A stretch of DNA of 64,000 bases from Octopus vulgaris. Taxonomy: Eukaryota. Shown here in pieces: positions 11,805 through 24,955 of this stretch; positions within the stretch are counted from its first letter, which is position 1; each line of letters begins with the position of its first letter. The notes beneath the pieces were generated by a model. The model saw only the letters and a program-made list of their open reading frames with translations, was not told the DNA's origin and made no database searches. The DNA lies in contig OX597831.1 of assembly GCA_951406725.2 (NCBI GenBank), positions 42,284,001 to 42,348,000 on the forward strand, in the 5' to 3' direction. The position numbers and the translations under genes were made by a program.

Positions 11805-14204
11805 AGTTTCCAGTCTGTTTTGGTTTGGTTTCTATGCCAAAACCAATACTACACAAAACATACATATATATGGCACTAGGAAAGGCCTCTAGCTGTAGAA
11901 ACCATGCCAAAGCAGATACTGGAGCATGAGGCAGTCCTTGGACCATCAAATCCTGTCAAACCATCCAAACCATGTCAGCATGAAATATCATCATCATTAT
12001 AATCATCATCATAATCATGATCATCGTCATCGCCTTTTAATGTCCATGTTCCATGTTGGCATGGATTGGACCTTTTCACAGGAATTGATGTTCAGGGATT
12101 GCATCGATCTCCCATGCCTGCTTAGGCATGGTTCCTGTGGTTGGTTGCCCTTTCTAACACCATCCACTTTAAAAGCATGGACTCAGTGCTTTCTTTCTAT
12201 TTTTTTTTCTTGTGCCAACTGCACAATTGAGGTCATCATGCTGTTTGCAGGACTTTGAACCCTGGGGGTTGGCAGGGGATCAGCTTCATGCTAGGTGGTG
12301 AGGGCATTTATTATGAGAGAGTCAAGCAGAGCGGGTTCCTGCAGAGGGAGCTGCATAGCTACTAACATCTATTATAGAAGGAGAAAGAAAAAGAAAGTGT
12401 AGGGTGGGGGAGGAGGGACATTAAATGGACATCAAACGAAGATGATGATGTTATGTATATCAAATAAAAGGCGATTTAGAAATCTCAGTTGTATTCTCAG
12501 TCAGCACTCCTGTGTATACTCGCTAATAGACAGTACCCCTTAAGGGAAACTCTTCATGCAAACTGAAATTCCAGGGATAATTTATTTGTCTTGGAGTGTA
12601 ATATAGGAAGTTCAAGAATGGAGGTAATGATAATACATTTATTCCTTCATTAAAAATTCCTGTGCAGTGCCACGTGAAAAGCACCCAGTACACTCTGTAA
12701 AGTGGTTGGTGTTAGGAAGAGCATCCAGCCATAGAAACCACACCAAATCAGACTGGAGTCTGGTGCAGCCTCTCAGCTTACCAACCCTGGTCAAACTGTC
12801 CAATTCATCCCAGCATGGACAACAGATGTCAAATGGTGATGATGATGGGATATATATATATATCTTTCACTTGTTTCAGTCATTAGACTGTGGCCATGCT
12901 GGGGCACTGCCTTTTACATGCACATATGTGGTGTCTGCTTGTGCCTTGTGTAAAGGAAACAGGATTATGAACCATACCTTCTGTTATAGTTCCATTTATG
13001 TTTGGAAAGTATTATAATAGAAATCAGCTCCAGTATTTTATTGGTATTTTTACCTAACCAATCCTGAGAGGATGAATGGCATAATTGACCTTGATGGGAT
13101 TTGAACTCAGAACTAAATGCTGCATGCATTGTAAAATGATGGTCTAATTATTCTGCCAGTCCACCTACTTTGGTTTTGTACAATCAATTTTTGTGGTCCT
13201 GGTTGACTGATGAGTACAATCGACTATAAGGTTGATTGTACAGAACTTAATCCTGTTTACCTATCTCTCTCTCTCTCAATGGTCCTAACACAATGCTCTT
13301 TTGAATTCTATGCTTTTGAATGACAAAAGAAGCAAAATCAATGTTTCTGTCTCTCTCCCTTTCTCTTTCTCTCTCTCTCTCTGTCTCTCTTTTTTTTCTG
13401 TCTCTCTTTCTTGTCCTGTCTTTCATCCTCTCTTTTTTCTTTTGTTTCCTTTTAGGCTTTGTTTCTTCTCTCTTTTCCTCTTTTTCTCTTCTCTTTTGTC
13501 TTGTTACTATTTTTATTTCCTCTTCCTCTCTCTCTCGTCTTTCTCCCTCTTAGCTTTGCTTCTTCACTTTTTCACTGTCTTTCTGTCTCCCACCACCCCT
13601 CACTCTTTCTCCTTCAACTACAATCTGTCTTGAATTTCTCTCTGGCATTTAATTCCTCTAGCAGATCCTGTTCTTGTCTTTGTTTTAAGTCTAGTGTTTT
13701 ATAAACACTGTTGTTTTACACTACCACCACCACCACCAATAATAATAATAATAATAATGTCCACGGCATGTATTACCATATACTATTGTGTATTATATAT
13801 TAATATATACATTGTCATTTTTACACATGCACACACATATACATACATACACACACACATATGATGAGCTTCTGCACAGTTTCCATTTACTGAATTTCAG
13901 TCACCAATCACTGGTTGACTTGAAACTGCTGTAAAAGATGTTTGTCCAAGGTACCACAAACTGGAATTGAACCCAGATTTATGTGGTTGGGAAGCAAACC
14001 CTTTAACAACTTAATTTCATGTTTGACCATATCTATTGATACTGTTTATTTTTTCATGTGTATCTAATGTGTATGGCTCCTGTTTTTTTCACACTTGTGT
14101 AGAACTAAATTGTGACTATTCAATGAAGGAGTCTATACCCAAGCTGCTAAAAACAGCAGTCAAATCTCACTCAAGTTATACACTGCTGTTTTACAAACTG
14201 TAAA

Positions 14205-14960
14205 TGCACATTAGATGCATTGGATAATGGTATTCAGTTGGATACATGAGGACACATTGTGTAATATAATATATCTAGGACACACTGGATTATGTAGTCC
14301 TTGAGACACTATGTAGGAAGGACACAATGGATAATGTAGGTCTAGATATACTAGCTAGGAAGGACACTGTAATATAGTCTTAGATACACTGTCTAAAGGA
14401 CGCTTTAAGTAATGTATTTCTAGAAACATCTAAAAGTCACATTATATACTGTAGTCCTAGATACACTAGATCTCAAGGATGTATGAAATATGTTGTCTTA
14501 AATACACTGTGTCAGACATATACATTGGTTAGTGTAGTCCTAGATATACTGTGACAGACACATTAGATAATGTACTTCCAGATTTACTGTGCCAAAGGAC
14601 ATTTTGGATAAGGTAGTCTTAGATGTACTATGTCAGTGGGAAACATTATATAATGTAGTTCTAGATATGCAACGAATATTGAATATTGAATATTATAGTC
14701 CTAGATATACTAGATCTGAAGGACATGTGAGATATGTTGTCCTAGATACACTATGTCAGATGTATACATGGCTAGTGTAGTCGTAGATATACTGTCTAAA
14801 AGACACATTAGACAATGTACTTCCTATATAGTGTCCAAAGGTCACTTTGGATAAGGTAGTCCTAGGTGCACTATGTCATAGAGAAACATTATATAATGTA
14901 ATCTTAGATATACTATGAAGGATACATTGAACTGTGTAGTCTGAGATACATGATGTCTAA
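14205..14960. repeat. Diverged ~40-bp minisatellite with a ~240-bp higher-order duplication
   Basis: Recurring ggacacattggataatgtagtcctagatacact-like units; about 14452-14676 aligns to about 14696-14921. Confidence 0.85.
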
Positions 14961-15242
14961 AACAAAACAAAAACAATGATTATTGCTGAAACCTCTTTGA
15001 TCTTAACCAAGGGTGAACAAGAGGTAGGGCAGTAAACAACAACAAGAAAAGCATACAAATACATATGGGAATGAATTGGAGATTTCAGTCCAAACAAAGC
15101 CTAGATTGGAAAAGACAGCTGATTTTCATGAGACTAGATATTCGCTGTTAGACTACTGTTAAGCATTATGTAGCATTGTATTTCAGTATTTTTATTTATT
15201 GATATATATTATATATGTTTGTTTTGCTTGTTTTGTGTCAAG

Positions 15243-15341
15243 GCCCGCAAAAAGATGTGTTTAGTGACCTGCTAGGACACATGGGAATGTCTCAATCTCC
15301 GACGCCGACGAATGGAGAATCTAAAACTGATGAGTTACCTG
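15243..15341 (+). CDS. ITSN1: Intersectin exon e (GPQKDVFSDLLGHMGMSQSPTPTNGESKTDELP)
   Basis: tgtcaag acceptor, G|gtttgt donor; 99 nt symmetric phase 1-1; ends LP, which joins VTFED to rebuild the intersectin LPVTFED motif. Confidence 0.82.
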
Positions 15342-15610
15342 GTTTGTATTCTTTGTTAGAATTTTTTTCTTGTTGTACTGTGATCATTCCAGAAAGTACA
15401 GCCTCCAAGGATTTAGTCGATTATGTCTATCTGCCCTTTACTCTGTCTGGTAATTAATTTCATCAACCGCAGAATGATTAAAAGTGAAGTTGAACTGTGA
15501 CAGTATTTGAAATGAGGATGTAAAGAGATGTAACCTAATACCTACCCCAATATCTTTGTTCCAATACTTTATTGTTTCTACCATCTACCTACCATATTTG
15601 TGTGTGTGTT

Positions 15611-15647
<37 letters not shown>

Positions 15648-15767
15648 GAAAGAAGAAAAAGAAAATGGAAATTGGGAAGTTAATTGTTTATTATTCATCA
15701 GCTTCATTTACGGCTGTTTCAATTAATACTCAGTAAATATTAAGTAAATATTAAATTTATATTTATA

Positions 15768-16280
15768 CTAGCAGTATTGCCCGGCGTTGCTCGGGTTTGT
15801 AAGGGAAATAACTATATAAGCATTTTTAGAGAGTTACTTCCCTTATAGATGCCAATTCGGACTTTCTTAGCCATTTCTGTTTTGGTGTCTTCAAGCCATG
15901 AAGTCGTTGTTCTAAAAGAACGCTGGTCTCCTTGACAACGCTTTACGACGTTGATTTCCTTACACTCCCTTCCCCACAGCTTCATGAGGAAGGGAAGAAG
16001 GGGGAGAAGCAAACAGGTGCAGGTGTGACCATGGACGCCAACTCCGCCGCCATTGACACACGAAAAATTATGCATTAAAATGAAATAAAAAATTATGTTA
16101 AATTTTTTTTTAAATCGTAGACTCATCGTAGACGCACGCTAATACTCAGACAGGCTCGATATGAATCACAACTATAAGATACACGAATTTGGTTAAACTG
16201 CACCGCAAAATGTGGGAGTAGTTAGGAATCTAAATCGAAGGGGACAGACACTCACACAACTACAGTTTTATATATATAGA
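15768..16280 (-). mobile_element. Non-autonomous Helitron
   Basis: Minus strand begins TCTATATATATAAAA and ends cccgagcaacgccggg-caatactgCTAG; A|T insertion site. Confidence 0.85.
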
Positions 16281-17423
16281 TCACCTGAGCATAATATCTT
16301 CAGAGGGTAAAAAAAATATACCCTTGGATCTTTTGTATATTTATGGATTCATTACAACAGACTCAAGTATATATATATATATATGTATATATATGTATAT
16401 ATACTTAGTAGACAAATGTGGCAAATTTACCTACAGAGTGTTAAGGCTAAATGTGACAGTTTGCATAAAAGAAAAAGAAGACACAATTATTACATCCAAA
16501 AATAAAAGTATTTAAAAAAAAGATATAAAAAATATCAGATTATGGGTAGAAGATAGCAGTTTTCTCAAACTGGCTACATTCAGCTTCTACCTTGGCCTCA
16601 AGGAGGCTCTGGTATCTGTCACATACATTACTCACTGTGTCTCTGGGAAGATCTTTGAATATCTTGATATTGGCTACCTGTTGCTGGCAGCCTCAGTGTT
16701 GCTGGCAGGTTAGTGTCTTTCTCAACCATGCCCCACACATTAATCTATGGGATTACAATTGGAAGAATTAGGGGATCAGAAATTGGGGCTATCAAGTTGT
16801 AGAAATTCTCTGACAAACTACCTTTAACTCTTTCTGGAAGTATGACAAGGAGCTGAATCCTGCTGCAACACCTATAGCTTTCCAGCACAGCTCTCTCCAG
16901 CCAGGGTTTGACATAGCCATCCATTGTTGGATGAATCTAATGGATGTGAGCTTAGCACTCTTACTGTCAGGCTGCTTAGAGTGAAAGAGAGAGAGAGAGA
17001 AAGAAAGAGAGAAATGAGTGTGTGTGTGTCACTGAAGGAGTCTCTTTATGGTCGTTTGATCTGCTTAATAGCAGTTATTAGTTGCTATTTGAACTGCTTA
17101 TTAGTTGCAGAATTAGCAGCCAAAGTTTGAAACCACAACCTACTACTATCTTAATAAAGGAAGGACACATTGGATAATGTGAATTCTAGATAATTGATGC
17201 CTGAATGAAATAGGGGATGGTCATGGATGGAACGCTTTTGGTCATAGATATCTACATGATCAGGACTGACCTGTGGTTAAACAACACACACTAACATACA
17301 TACAAAATATACATATGCTGTTAGACTTAAATGTATTCAAAAGCCAAATGTAGTTTAATTGTTGATTAATTAAAAATTTAAAGAATAAACTTCAAATTTT
17401 TTCAGCGTGTTTAATTAATTTAA

Positions 17424-17635
17424 CCCTTTAGTGTTTAAACTGGCCATATCCAGGCCAAATATTCTACACATTTTACGTTCAGATCTGGCTTCTCACATCT
17501 ACCCTACAAGGTTATTCTAAAAATAGGCAATAACATCACTGAAACCTTGAAGCTGCAAGATGATGCATGATTTAATTTGAAACAATGTGAATAAATAAGC
17601 ATTACGTTTGACAGAATAATTTGAATGCTAAAGAG
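17424..17635. mobile_element. TTAA MITE (CCCTTTAG family; relatives at 29517-29737, 36721-36939, 45197-45385, 57769-57961)
   Basis: TIRs ccctttag/ctaaag(a/g)g, TTAA flanks, shared internal sequence. Confidence 0.8.
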
Positions 17636-17977
17636 TTAATTTGTTTGTTTATAATAATCTGATTATCAAAAAAAACTAGAAAGGGCAGCTGGTCAGAGAA
17701 AGTCTGCCACAAGAAATCCATCCAAACCATACAAGCATGGAAAAGAGGGTGTTGAAATGATGATGACGATGATGTAAATATGTATGCGTGTCTGTTTCAT
17801 CATCATCATCGTTTAACATCTGCTTTCCATGCTAGCATGGGTTGGACGATTTTGACTGAGGGCTGGCGAACCAGACGGCCGCACCAGGCTCCAATCTGTT
17901 TGTGTGTATAAATACATTTGTGGATGTCTAACACTATCCTCGTTTGTTACAATGTTTCCTTCCTCTCCTTTCTCCAG

Positions 17978-18128
17978 TCACATTTGAAGACCGAAGGAAA
18001 GAGAATTTCGAAAAAGGTCAAGCTGAGCTGGAGAGGCGCCGTGCAATATTACAGGAACAGTTGAAGCGGGAGGAGGAACTGCGTTTGGAAAAAGAAAGGA
18101 AGGAACATGAAAAGCGGGAACAGCAAAG
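17978..18128 (+). CDS. ITSN1: Intersectin exon f (coiled-coil start: [22 protein letters not shown]...)
   Basis: tttctccag acceptor, AAG|gtaaga donor; TFEDxxxENFExGxxELExRR is characteristic of intersectins. Confidence 0.95.
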
Positions 18129-19719
18129 GTAAGATTTTTATATACTGTCAAATGATTCTTTTCTTTTCCCAAAGGAGTAGGGAGAGATATTTTTTGCTGT
18201 TATTTCTAGCAATATGTGACTATTTAGATCTTTTAGTTTAAGGTATACTGTCGTTGTTTAGGAGTGTTGCATCATCAGCCTCAAAATGTAATATGTGTGT
18301 GTAATTTGGTTTATGAACAGACTAAATAGATTTTGTGTGTCTGTATGTTAATAACACTATACATGTTAGTGTCTATTGTTTACTTGTTTCAGTTCATTAG
18401 ACTGTGGCCATGCTGGGCCTTGAAGAATTTTACAATTTTACTCAAATGGATTGACCTCAGTACTTATTTGTTTAAGCCTCTTACTTATTCTATCAGTCTC
18501 TTTTGTTGAACTGCTATGTTACATGGTTGTAAATACACCTACACTGGTTGTCACACCATGGTGGGGGACAAACACACACACGCATACACACTCAAATATA
18601 TATACAATGTGCTTCTTTCAGTTTCCATCTACCAAATCTATTCACAAGGCTTTGGTTAACCCAGGGCTGTTGTAGAAGACACCTGCCCAAGGTGCCATGC
18701 AGTGGGATTGAACCCAGAACCATGTAGTCAGGAAACAAACTTATTACCACACAGCTATTCCTGCTCCTATGTAATTTGTGGTGACAATGTATTCTCCTAC
18801 TTTAGAAGCTTGTGTGTGTTGCTAATTTGGTTTATGAACAATGTCAATTAATCATGCCAGAAAGATTGTGTGTCTGTGAGTATGCTAGTAATACTGAACT
18901 AACATATTGTGTTAGTGTGCATGTATGTGTGTGTGTATGTATTTTGGTAATACTAACGTATAATCTTAATGCGTATGTGTTCCTTTGTGTCGACAATGTG
19001 TTGTCCCATTTGAGATGTGTTAAAACATGTCTATGCGTCTGTCATTGTAGTGTTACATTATTCAAACTGATATTTACTGAGTGTGGGAAAATTTAGCAGG
19101 TGCAGCTGCTGCAGCTGTTCACTGCACTCATGAATGGCAGAGTGCAGAAGCTGAGGGCATTATTCTGAATTGGTCAGAGCTGATATTTAGCTTACACTGA
19201 TCTCTATCGTTTAGCTTTTACTTGTTTCACTCATATTGTCTGCGGCCATGCTGGGGCACCACCGCAAAGGGGTTTTTAGTCGAACAGATTGACCCTTGGA
19301 CTTACTTTTTTTTTTTTAAAGCCTGGTACTTATTCTATCGGTCTCTTTTGCTGAACTGCTAAGTTACGAAGACGTAAACACACCAACACCAGATGTCAAG
19401 CAATGGTGCGGGACAAACACAGACGCAAAGACACACAGATAAACTCACATGCGCACACACACACACACACACAAATATATATACAATGGGCTTCTTTCAG
19501 TTTCCATCTCCCAAATCTATTCACAAGGCCTTGGTCAACCTGAGGCTGTAATAGAAGACCCTTGCTCAAGGTGCCATGCAGCATGACTGAACCAAGAACC
19601 ATGTTGTTGGCAAGCAGGCTTCTTACCACACACCCACACCTGATATTGTTTCTGTTAATGTTTAGAGCCCTGAGTTTTCTTTTTAACTGTCTTTGTCTTT
19701 ATTTTTTGGTTTAGTTTAA

Positions 19720-20161
19720 TCCTTTTGATACTGACCCACCTGAAACTGTTCCTGGTTTTACGATACAAACTTTTTGCTTTAACGTTATCTTAATTAGAGT
19801 CGTCCTTCCACCAGAGTTTCATGTTATTTTATATTCCAAATACTATATTAATAATGACAAAATTATTTTACTGAATTCTTTGTTATTTTCAAAATTAATT
19901 AAAACAATTTGAATGGAAATATGGTATCAAAAAGGTTAACCCTTTTGATACCAACCCACCTGAACCTGTCTCTGGTTCTGTGATGCATATTTCTTATTTT
20001 AAAGTAACCTAAATTAAAACTTTTCGTCAAAATTTCATGTCAATTTATATTTCAATCACAAGCTTAATAATGACAAAATTACCTCACTAAATTCTTCTTT
20101 GTTTTCAAAATTAATTATAACAGTAGCAGTGAATTTTATCAGAAATATGATAACAAAAGGG
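19720..20161. mobile_element. Two tandem TTAA MITEs sharing a central TTAA (CCCTTTTG family; relative at 28716-28937)
   Basis: ccttttgatac...gtatcaaaaagg|ttaa|cccttttgatac...aacaaaaggg. Confidence 0.75.
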
Positions 20162-20633
20162 TTGAAACATATTTTCTCACCTTCATTTCTTAATGTAAGT
20201 GGAGAGAGGAAGTTCTTATATTGTTTACCGGTGAAGTCAATACTGATATCTGCTGGGAATATGTGCTTAGAGAGAGGAAATTCCAGAATTTTGTTGTTCT
20301 GGGTGCTAAAAGTTGTGTTCAACAAGGGACTTTTGTTAGTAATACACTGTAGGGATGTTGATGAAAAGAAAAAGGCAAGTTGTCTTGGGCAGGAGTGGTA
20401 TACTGTTGTTTTAGTGGAACAAAAGCTGTTGTGGTGTAACAGCAAAAGAAAATAGAGGGAAGATTAATATCTCATTGTATTGGAGCTATTTTTGTATTTG
20501 TTTAGCTCCAGGTTAGGCATTCCAGTTGTGATCATCCCATCTTTTTAGAAGTACAGTTGTCGAATTTTTAACATTCCCGTTCTTTAACCCTTTAAGCACT
20601 CAGATTACTCTGTCAAATGTAATGCTTATTTAT

Positions 20634-21422
20634 TCTGTTACTTAGGTAACCAAGTTAGCAGTGGTGAAGGTTGTTCTGAAAGCATAAGAATAGGCTGGGG
20701 AAAGTTCAGAGAGCTACTACCTCTGTTAGTAATGAAGGGCCTCTTCTTCAGTGAAAAGCAGATTTTTTGATGCCTGTGCTATGTAGCAATGAAACATGGG
20801 CTGTGACTGCTGGGGGCATGTGAAGGCTTGAAAGAAGTGAAGCCCGTATGAACACTGGATGGGTAATGTCAGTGTGCGTATACAACAGTGTGTTATTTGA
20901 GAGAAAAACTGGGTATATGGGGCATCAGATCTAGAGTGCAAGAGAGAAGACTGTGCTGGTATGGTCATGTAATGCATATGAATGAAGACAGTTGTGGAGA
21001 GAATGTATGGAAGGAGTAGACCCAGGAAGATGTGGGACAAAGTGGTGAGAAAGGATCTTCAGATGTTGGGCCTCACAGAGGAGATGACAGAGGACTGAGA
21101 CTTCTGGTGGTTTGCTGTGCCTGAGAAACACGTCAAGCTAAGTCAATATGTAGTTTGTTCTTGTATACAGGCATGTCCCCTACATTCCCTTCCAGCTGAG
21201 CATTCCTAATCTTGCTGGCTTGTGGGTGCCAGTACCATGTAAAAAGCACCTGTGCTGGTGCTGTGTAAAATCACCCTAGTACACTCTGTAAAGTGGTTGA
21301 CATTAGGAAGGGCATCCAGCCAAAACAGACATGGAACCTAGGCAGCTCATTAGCTGGCCAGCTTCTGTCAAACCGTCCAACACATGCCAGCATGGAAAAT
21401 AGACATTAAATGATGATGATGA
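20634..21422 (+). mobile_element. Degenerate RTE LINE 3' fragment (ORF C-terminus, 3'UTR, (GAT)n tail)
   Basis: Fragments translate as FCYLG..VSS, IRIGWGKFRELLPLL, WYGHVM, GRSRPRKMWD with frameshifts; same 3' tail as 5700-5773. Confidence 0.85.
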
Positions 21423-21667
21423 GTCCCTGTTTTTGAATAGAAACACCATACATCCGTGTGTCACTGAAGCAACTAAGAAGGGTGTCTGGCCATAAAACAT
21501 TGCCTCAAAAAAAAAAAGTACTGTCCAACTTATGCCATTATGGAAAAGTCGACCTAAAAACAATGATGATAATGGCAGTGCTAATGGTGGCGGCAGGGCT
21601 GCTTCTGCTACTGCTGATGATGATGATGTTGTTGTTGACATGTAGTCTTCTTGTATTCTTGTGACAG

Positions 21668-21779
21668 ATTGGAACAAGAACGAAAACGCCAGATGGAGTT
21701 GGAACGCCAACTTGAGAAACAGAGAGAAATTGAGCGGGAGCGTGAAGAACAAAGACGAAAAATGATGGAACAAAGGGAG
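21668..21779 (+). CDS. ITSN1: Intersectin exon g (KLERQ coiled coil: [20 protein letters not shown]...)
   Basis: gacag acceptor, GAG|gtaagt donor; phase 2 in, 0 out. Confidence 0.94.
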
Positions 21780-23696
21780 GTAAGTGATAGAAACCTACCA
21801 CAGTACCCTCCACAATTTTTTTTTTTTTTACCTTATCAGTTGTTGTTAATCAGTAACCAATCAATATTGGTGTACAGCTACGGTGTTGGTTTGGCAAAAT
21901 CAATGGAGTATCAAACAAATTTTTTTTTGCTTCCTTTTTGCAGTATTTAGTGGATCCTCTTATGTTCTGAGTTTGATTTGAGCCAAGGTGGGATTTGCCT
22001 TTCCTCCTTTTAGGATTGATGAGATATAATATCAATCATGTGATGGTAATGATAAAAAATAATTATCCTTTTCCCAGCAATCTGTGACCTTCTTGTGACA
22101 CTATATTAGAAATATATATTGGTATGAAGTAAAATAAATAAAAAATAGTTTCAAATTTTTGCACAAGGCCAGCAATTTTAGGGAAGGAGTAAGTCAGTTA
22201 CATCAACCCCAGTGCTGAACTGGTATTTACTTTCTTAACTTTTAACTTTTCATCATCTGGTACAAGATCACCTCCTCCAATGCCCCATCCCATCTCAAAG
22301 GATGTTAGTCTTGCAAGTTACTTGGTGACCCTGCCAGTGCTGGTGCCACATAAAAAGCATCCAGTCCACACTGTAAAGTGGTTAGCGTTTAGAAGGGCAT
22401 AAAGCCGTAAAGACGATGCCAGAACTGACCTTGCCTGTGCTCTTGTCATTCTGTGGGGTGTAGGTATTAGGAAGGGCGTCCAGCCATAAAACCATGCCAA
22501 AACAGACACAGGAATCTGGTGCAGTCTATTGCCTAGCCAGCTCCTGTAAAACTGTCTAACCCATGCCGGCATGGAAAGCGGATATCAAATGACGGTGATG
22601 ATGATGACAGTGATGATGATGATGTGATCCTTGGTAGAATGAAAAACAAAGTTGACCTTGGTAGAATTTGAACTCAGTACATAAAGTGCTAAAAGAAATG
22701 CTTCTAAGCATTTTGTTTGATGTGCTAACGATCGTGGCAGCTCACAATCTTAATTATAATGATAATAATCTCAAACAAGGACAGAAGACCAGATATTTTT
22801 GCTGCAGGGGAAAAATTGATTATATCAACCCTATGTCTGGTATTTTATTGACACCCCCAATCTTGGAAAGCTGAAAGGCTTTGACCTGTGCAGGATTTGA
22901 ACTCAGAATGTAAAGAGCTGAAATCAATACATTTTCCTGATGTTCTTACGATTCTGCCACACCACCAGTAATAATAATAATAATAATAATAATAATGATA
23001 ATAATAATCCTTTCTACTAAAGGCACAAGGCCTGAAATTTGTGGGGAGAGGACCAGTCGATTATATCGCCCCTCCCTCCCCCCCATGTACTCCACTGGTA
23101 CTTATTTTATCAACCTCGAAAGGATGAAAGGCAAAGTTGACCTCAGTAGAATTGGAACTCAGAATGTCAAGGTGTACGAAATGCCGCTTAGCATTTTGCC
23201 TGGTGTGCTGATGATTCTGCCAATACAGAAAATAGCACTACTAGCAACCGCACACATCCTGCGTAAAGCACTTTAAACACAATGAAAATAACAACACCAA
23301 AACAAACCACAGCACATACTCAAGGCACATACTTTCATGTGATAAAATTAAGACTATTGAATAATAATAATTTCAAATATTGGTACAAAGCCAGCAAGTT
23401 CAGGAGAGGGAGTTAGTTGATTACGTTGACCCCAGTGCTCAACTGGTACTTATTTTATTGACCCTGAAAAGATGAAAGCAAAGTTGACTTTGGTAGAATT
23501 TGAACTCAGCATGTAAAGACAGATAACATGCTGCAAAGTATTTTTCCCAGTGTGCTAATGATTCTACAAGCCTGCCACTATATAATAACAACACTGATGA
23601 TAATAATAATAATAATGATAATTTTTTCTTCATTTAAATTGTAACTGAAATGTCTAGCCTCTGTTTCAACTAAAATTACTTTTCGGTATATTGCAG

Positions 23697-23846
23697 GCTG
23701 CCAGGCGAGAATTAGAACGGCAAAGACAGATGGAATGGGAAAGACAGCGTAAGGAACACCTTCTGTCTGAGAAACACCGTGAATATGAACAGTTAGAAAC
23801 TCTTAAGTCACAGAGCAGCAATTTAAAATGTGAACTAGAAGCATTG
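23697..23846 (+). CDS. ITSN1: Intersectin exon h (AARRELERQRQMEWERQR...ELEAL)
   Basis: ttgcag acceptor, TTG|gtaaga donor; 150 nt phase 0-0; conserved AAxRELERQRQxEWE motif. Confidence 0.94.
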
Positions 23847-24135
23847 GTAAGATTTTCTCTTGTTTCGAGTATTCTGATTTTGAGGACAATTTTACTTTTC
23901 TTTGAAATGTAATTCTTATTATGCTTCAGGTTTCATACAAATATACGTACATTTGTGTGTGTGTGAAGGAGAAAATGGTCAGCACTGAAATTTGATTGAT
24001 GGCCAAAATGAAGCAGTAATGTGTGTGCATTGGAACCTGATGCAGCTCCTAGCTTTGCCAGTTCCTGCCAAACCATTGAACCAATTTCAGTGGGGAAAAC
24101 AAACATTAAATGATGATGATTTATGTGGAAATATG

Positions 24136-24136
<1 letters not shown>

Positions 24137-24208
<72 letters not shown>

Positions 24209-24228
24209 CGTGCGTGTGTGTGTGTGTG
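24137..24228. repeat. (GT)n microsatellite, representative of dozens of (TA)n, (GT)n, (CT)n, (AAT)n and (GAT)n tracts
   Basis: Read directly from the sequence. Confidence 0.97.
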
Positions 24229-24955
24229 CTGTGTGCTTTTTTTTCATTTGTTCCTTCTCGAGCCACACCCACCTGGCTCATAGGGCCGGTTTCCTTGGTG
24301 TATAGGTTCCCCACCTGAACAGGATGCCGGTCCGTCGCAGGTGAGATGCAGGAAGAAAGAGTGAGAGAAAGTTATAGCGAAAGTCAGCAGAAGTTCGCCA
24401 TTACCTTCTACCGGAGCCGTGTGGAGCTTAGATGTTTTGCTCATAAACACACACCTGGTCTGAGATTCGAACCTGCAATCCCACGACTGCGAATCCGCTG
24501 CTCTAACCACTAGGCCATGTGTCTCCACATGCTGTGTGTTGGCAGTATGATTTGTTTTGTAGGTGTTTATAAAAATTAACTCAAATACAATGGAGCGTGT
24601 ATTATAAGGTCGTTATCTATTTGGGTCTATGGAACAAGTGCCTTATGTATGTTTTGTATATTTTGTGTCAACATGTAATTTGTTCTTTTTCTTAAGAGAC
24701 TGTTTTACCGAATAATATTTTGTATGTTTCTGGTGTACATCCATCGCAAAGTCTTTATTATCACAGTAAAATCTTGCTGTGTTGATGATATTATATTTTA
24801 CATCATTTAATATATACCTTCTTTGGGTGTCATTGATGATAATAGTTCACTTCTATCATAAGTATTCACCACCATCAATAATTGTAACCGATATAATTGA
24901 TAACTATACCAGCCTACTTTCATTTTTCTTTCTCATTTCTGTTCTTCCTTTATTA

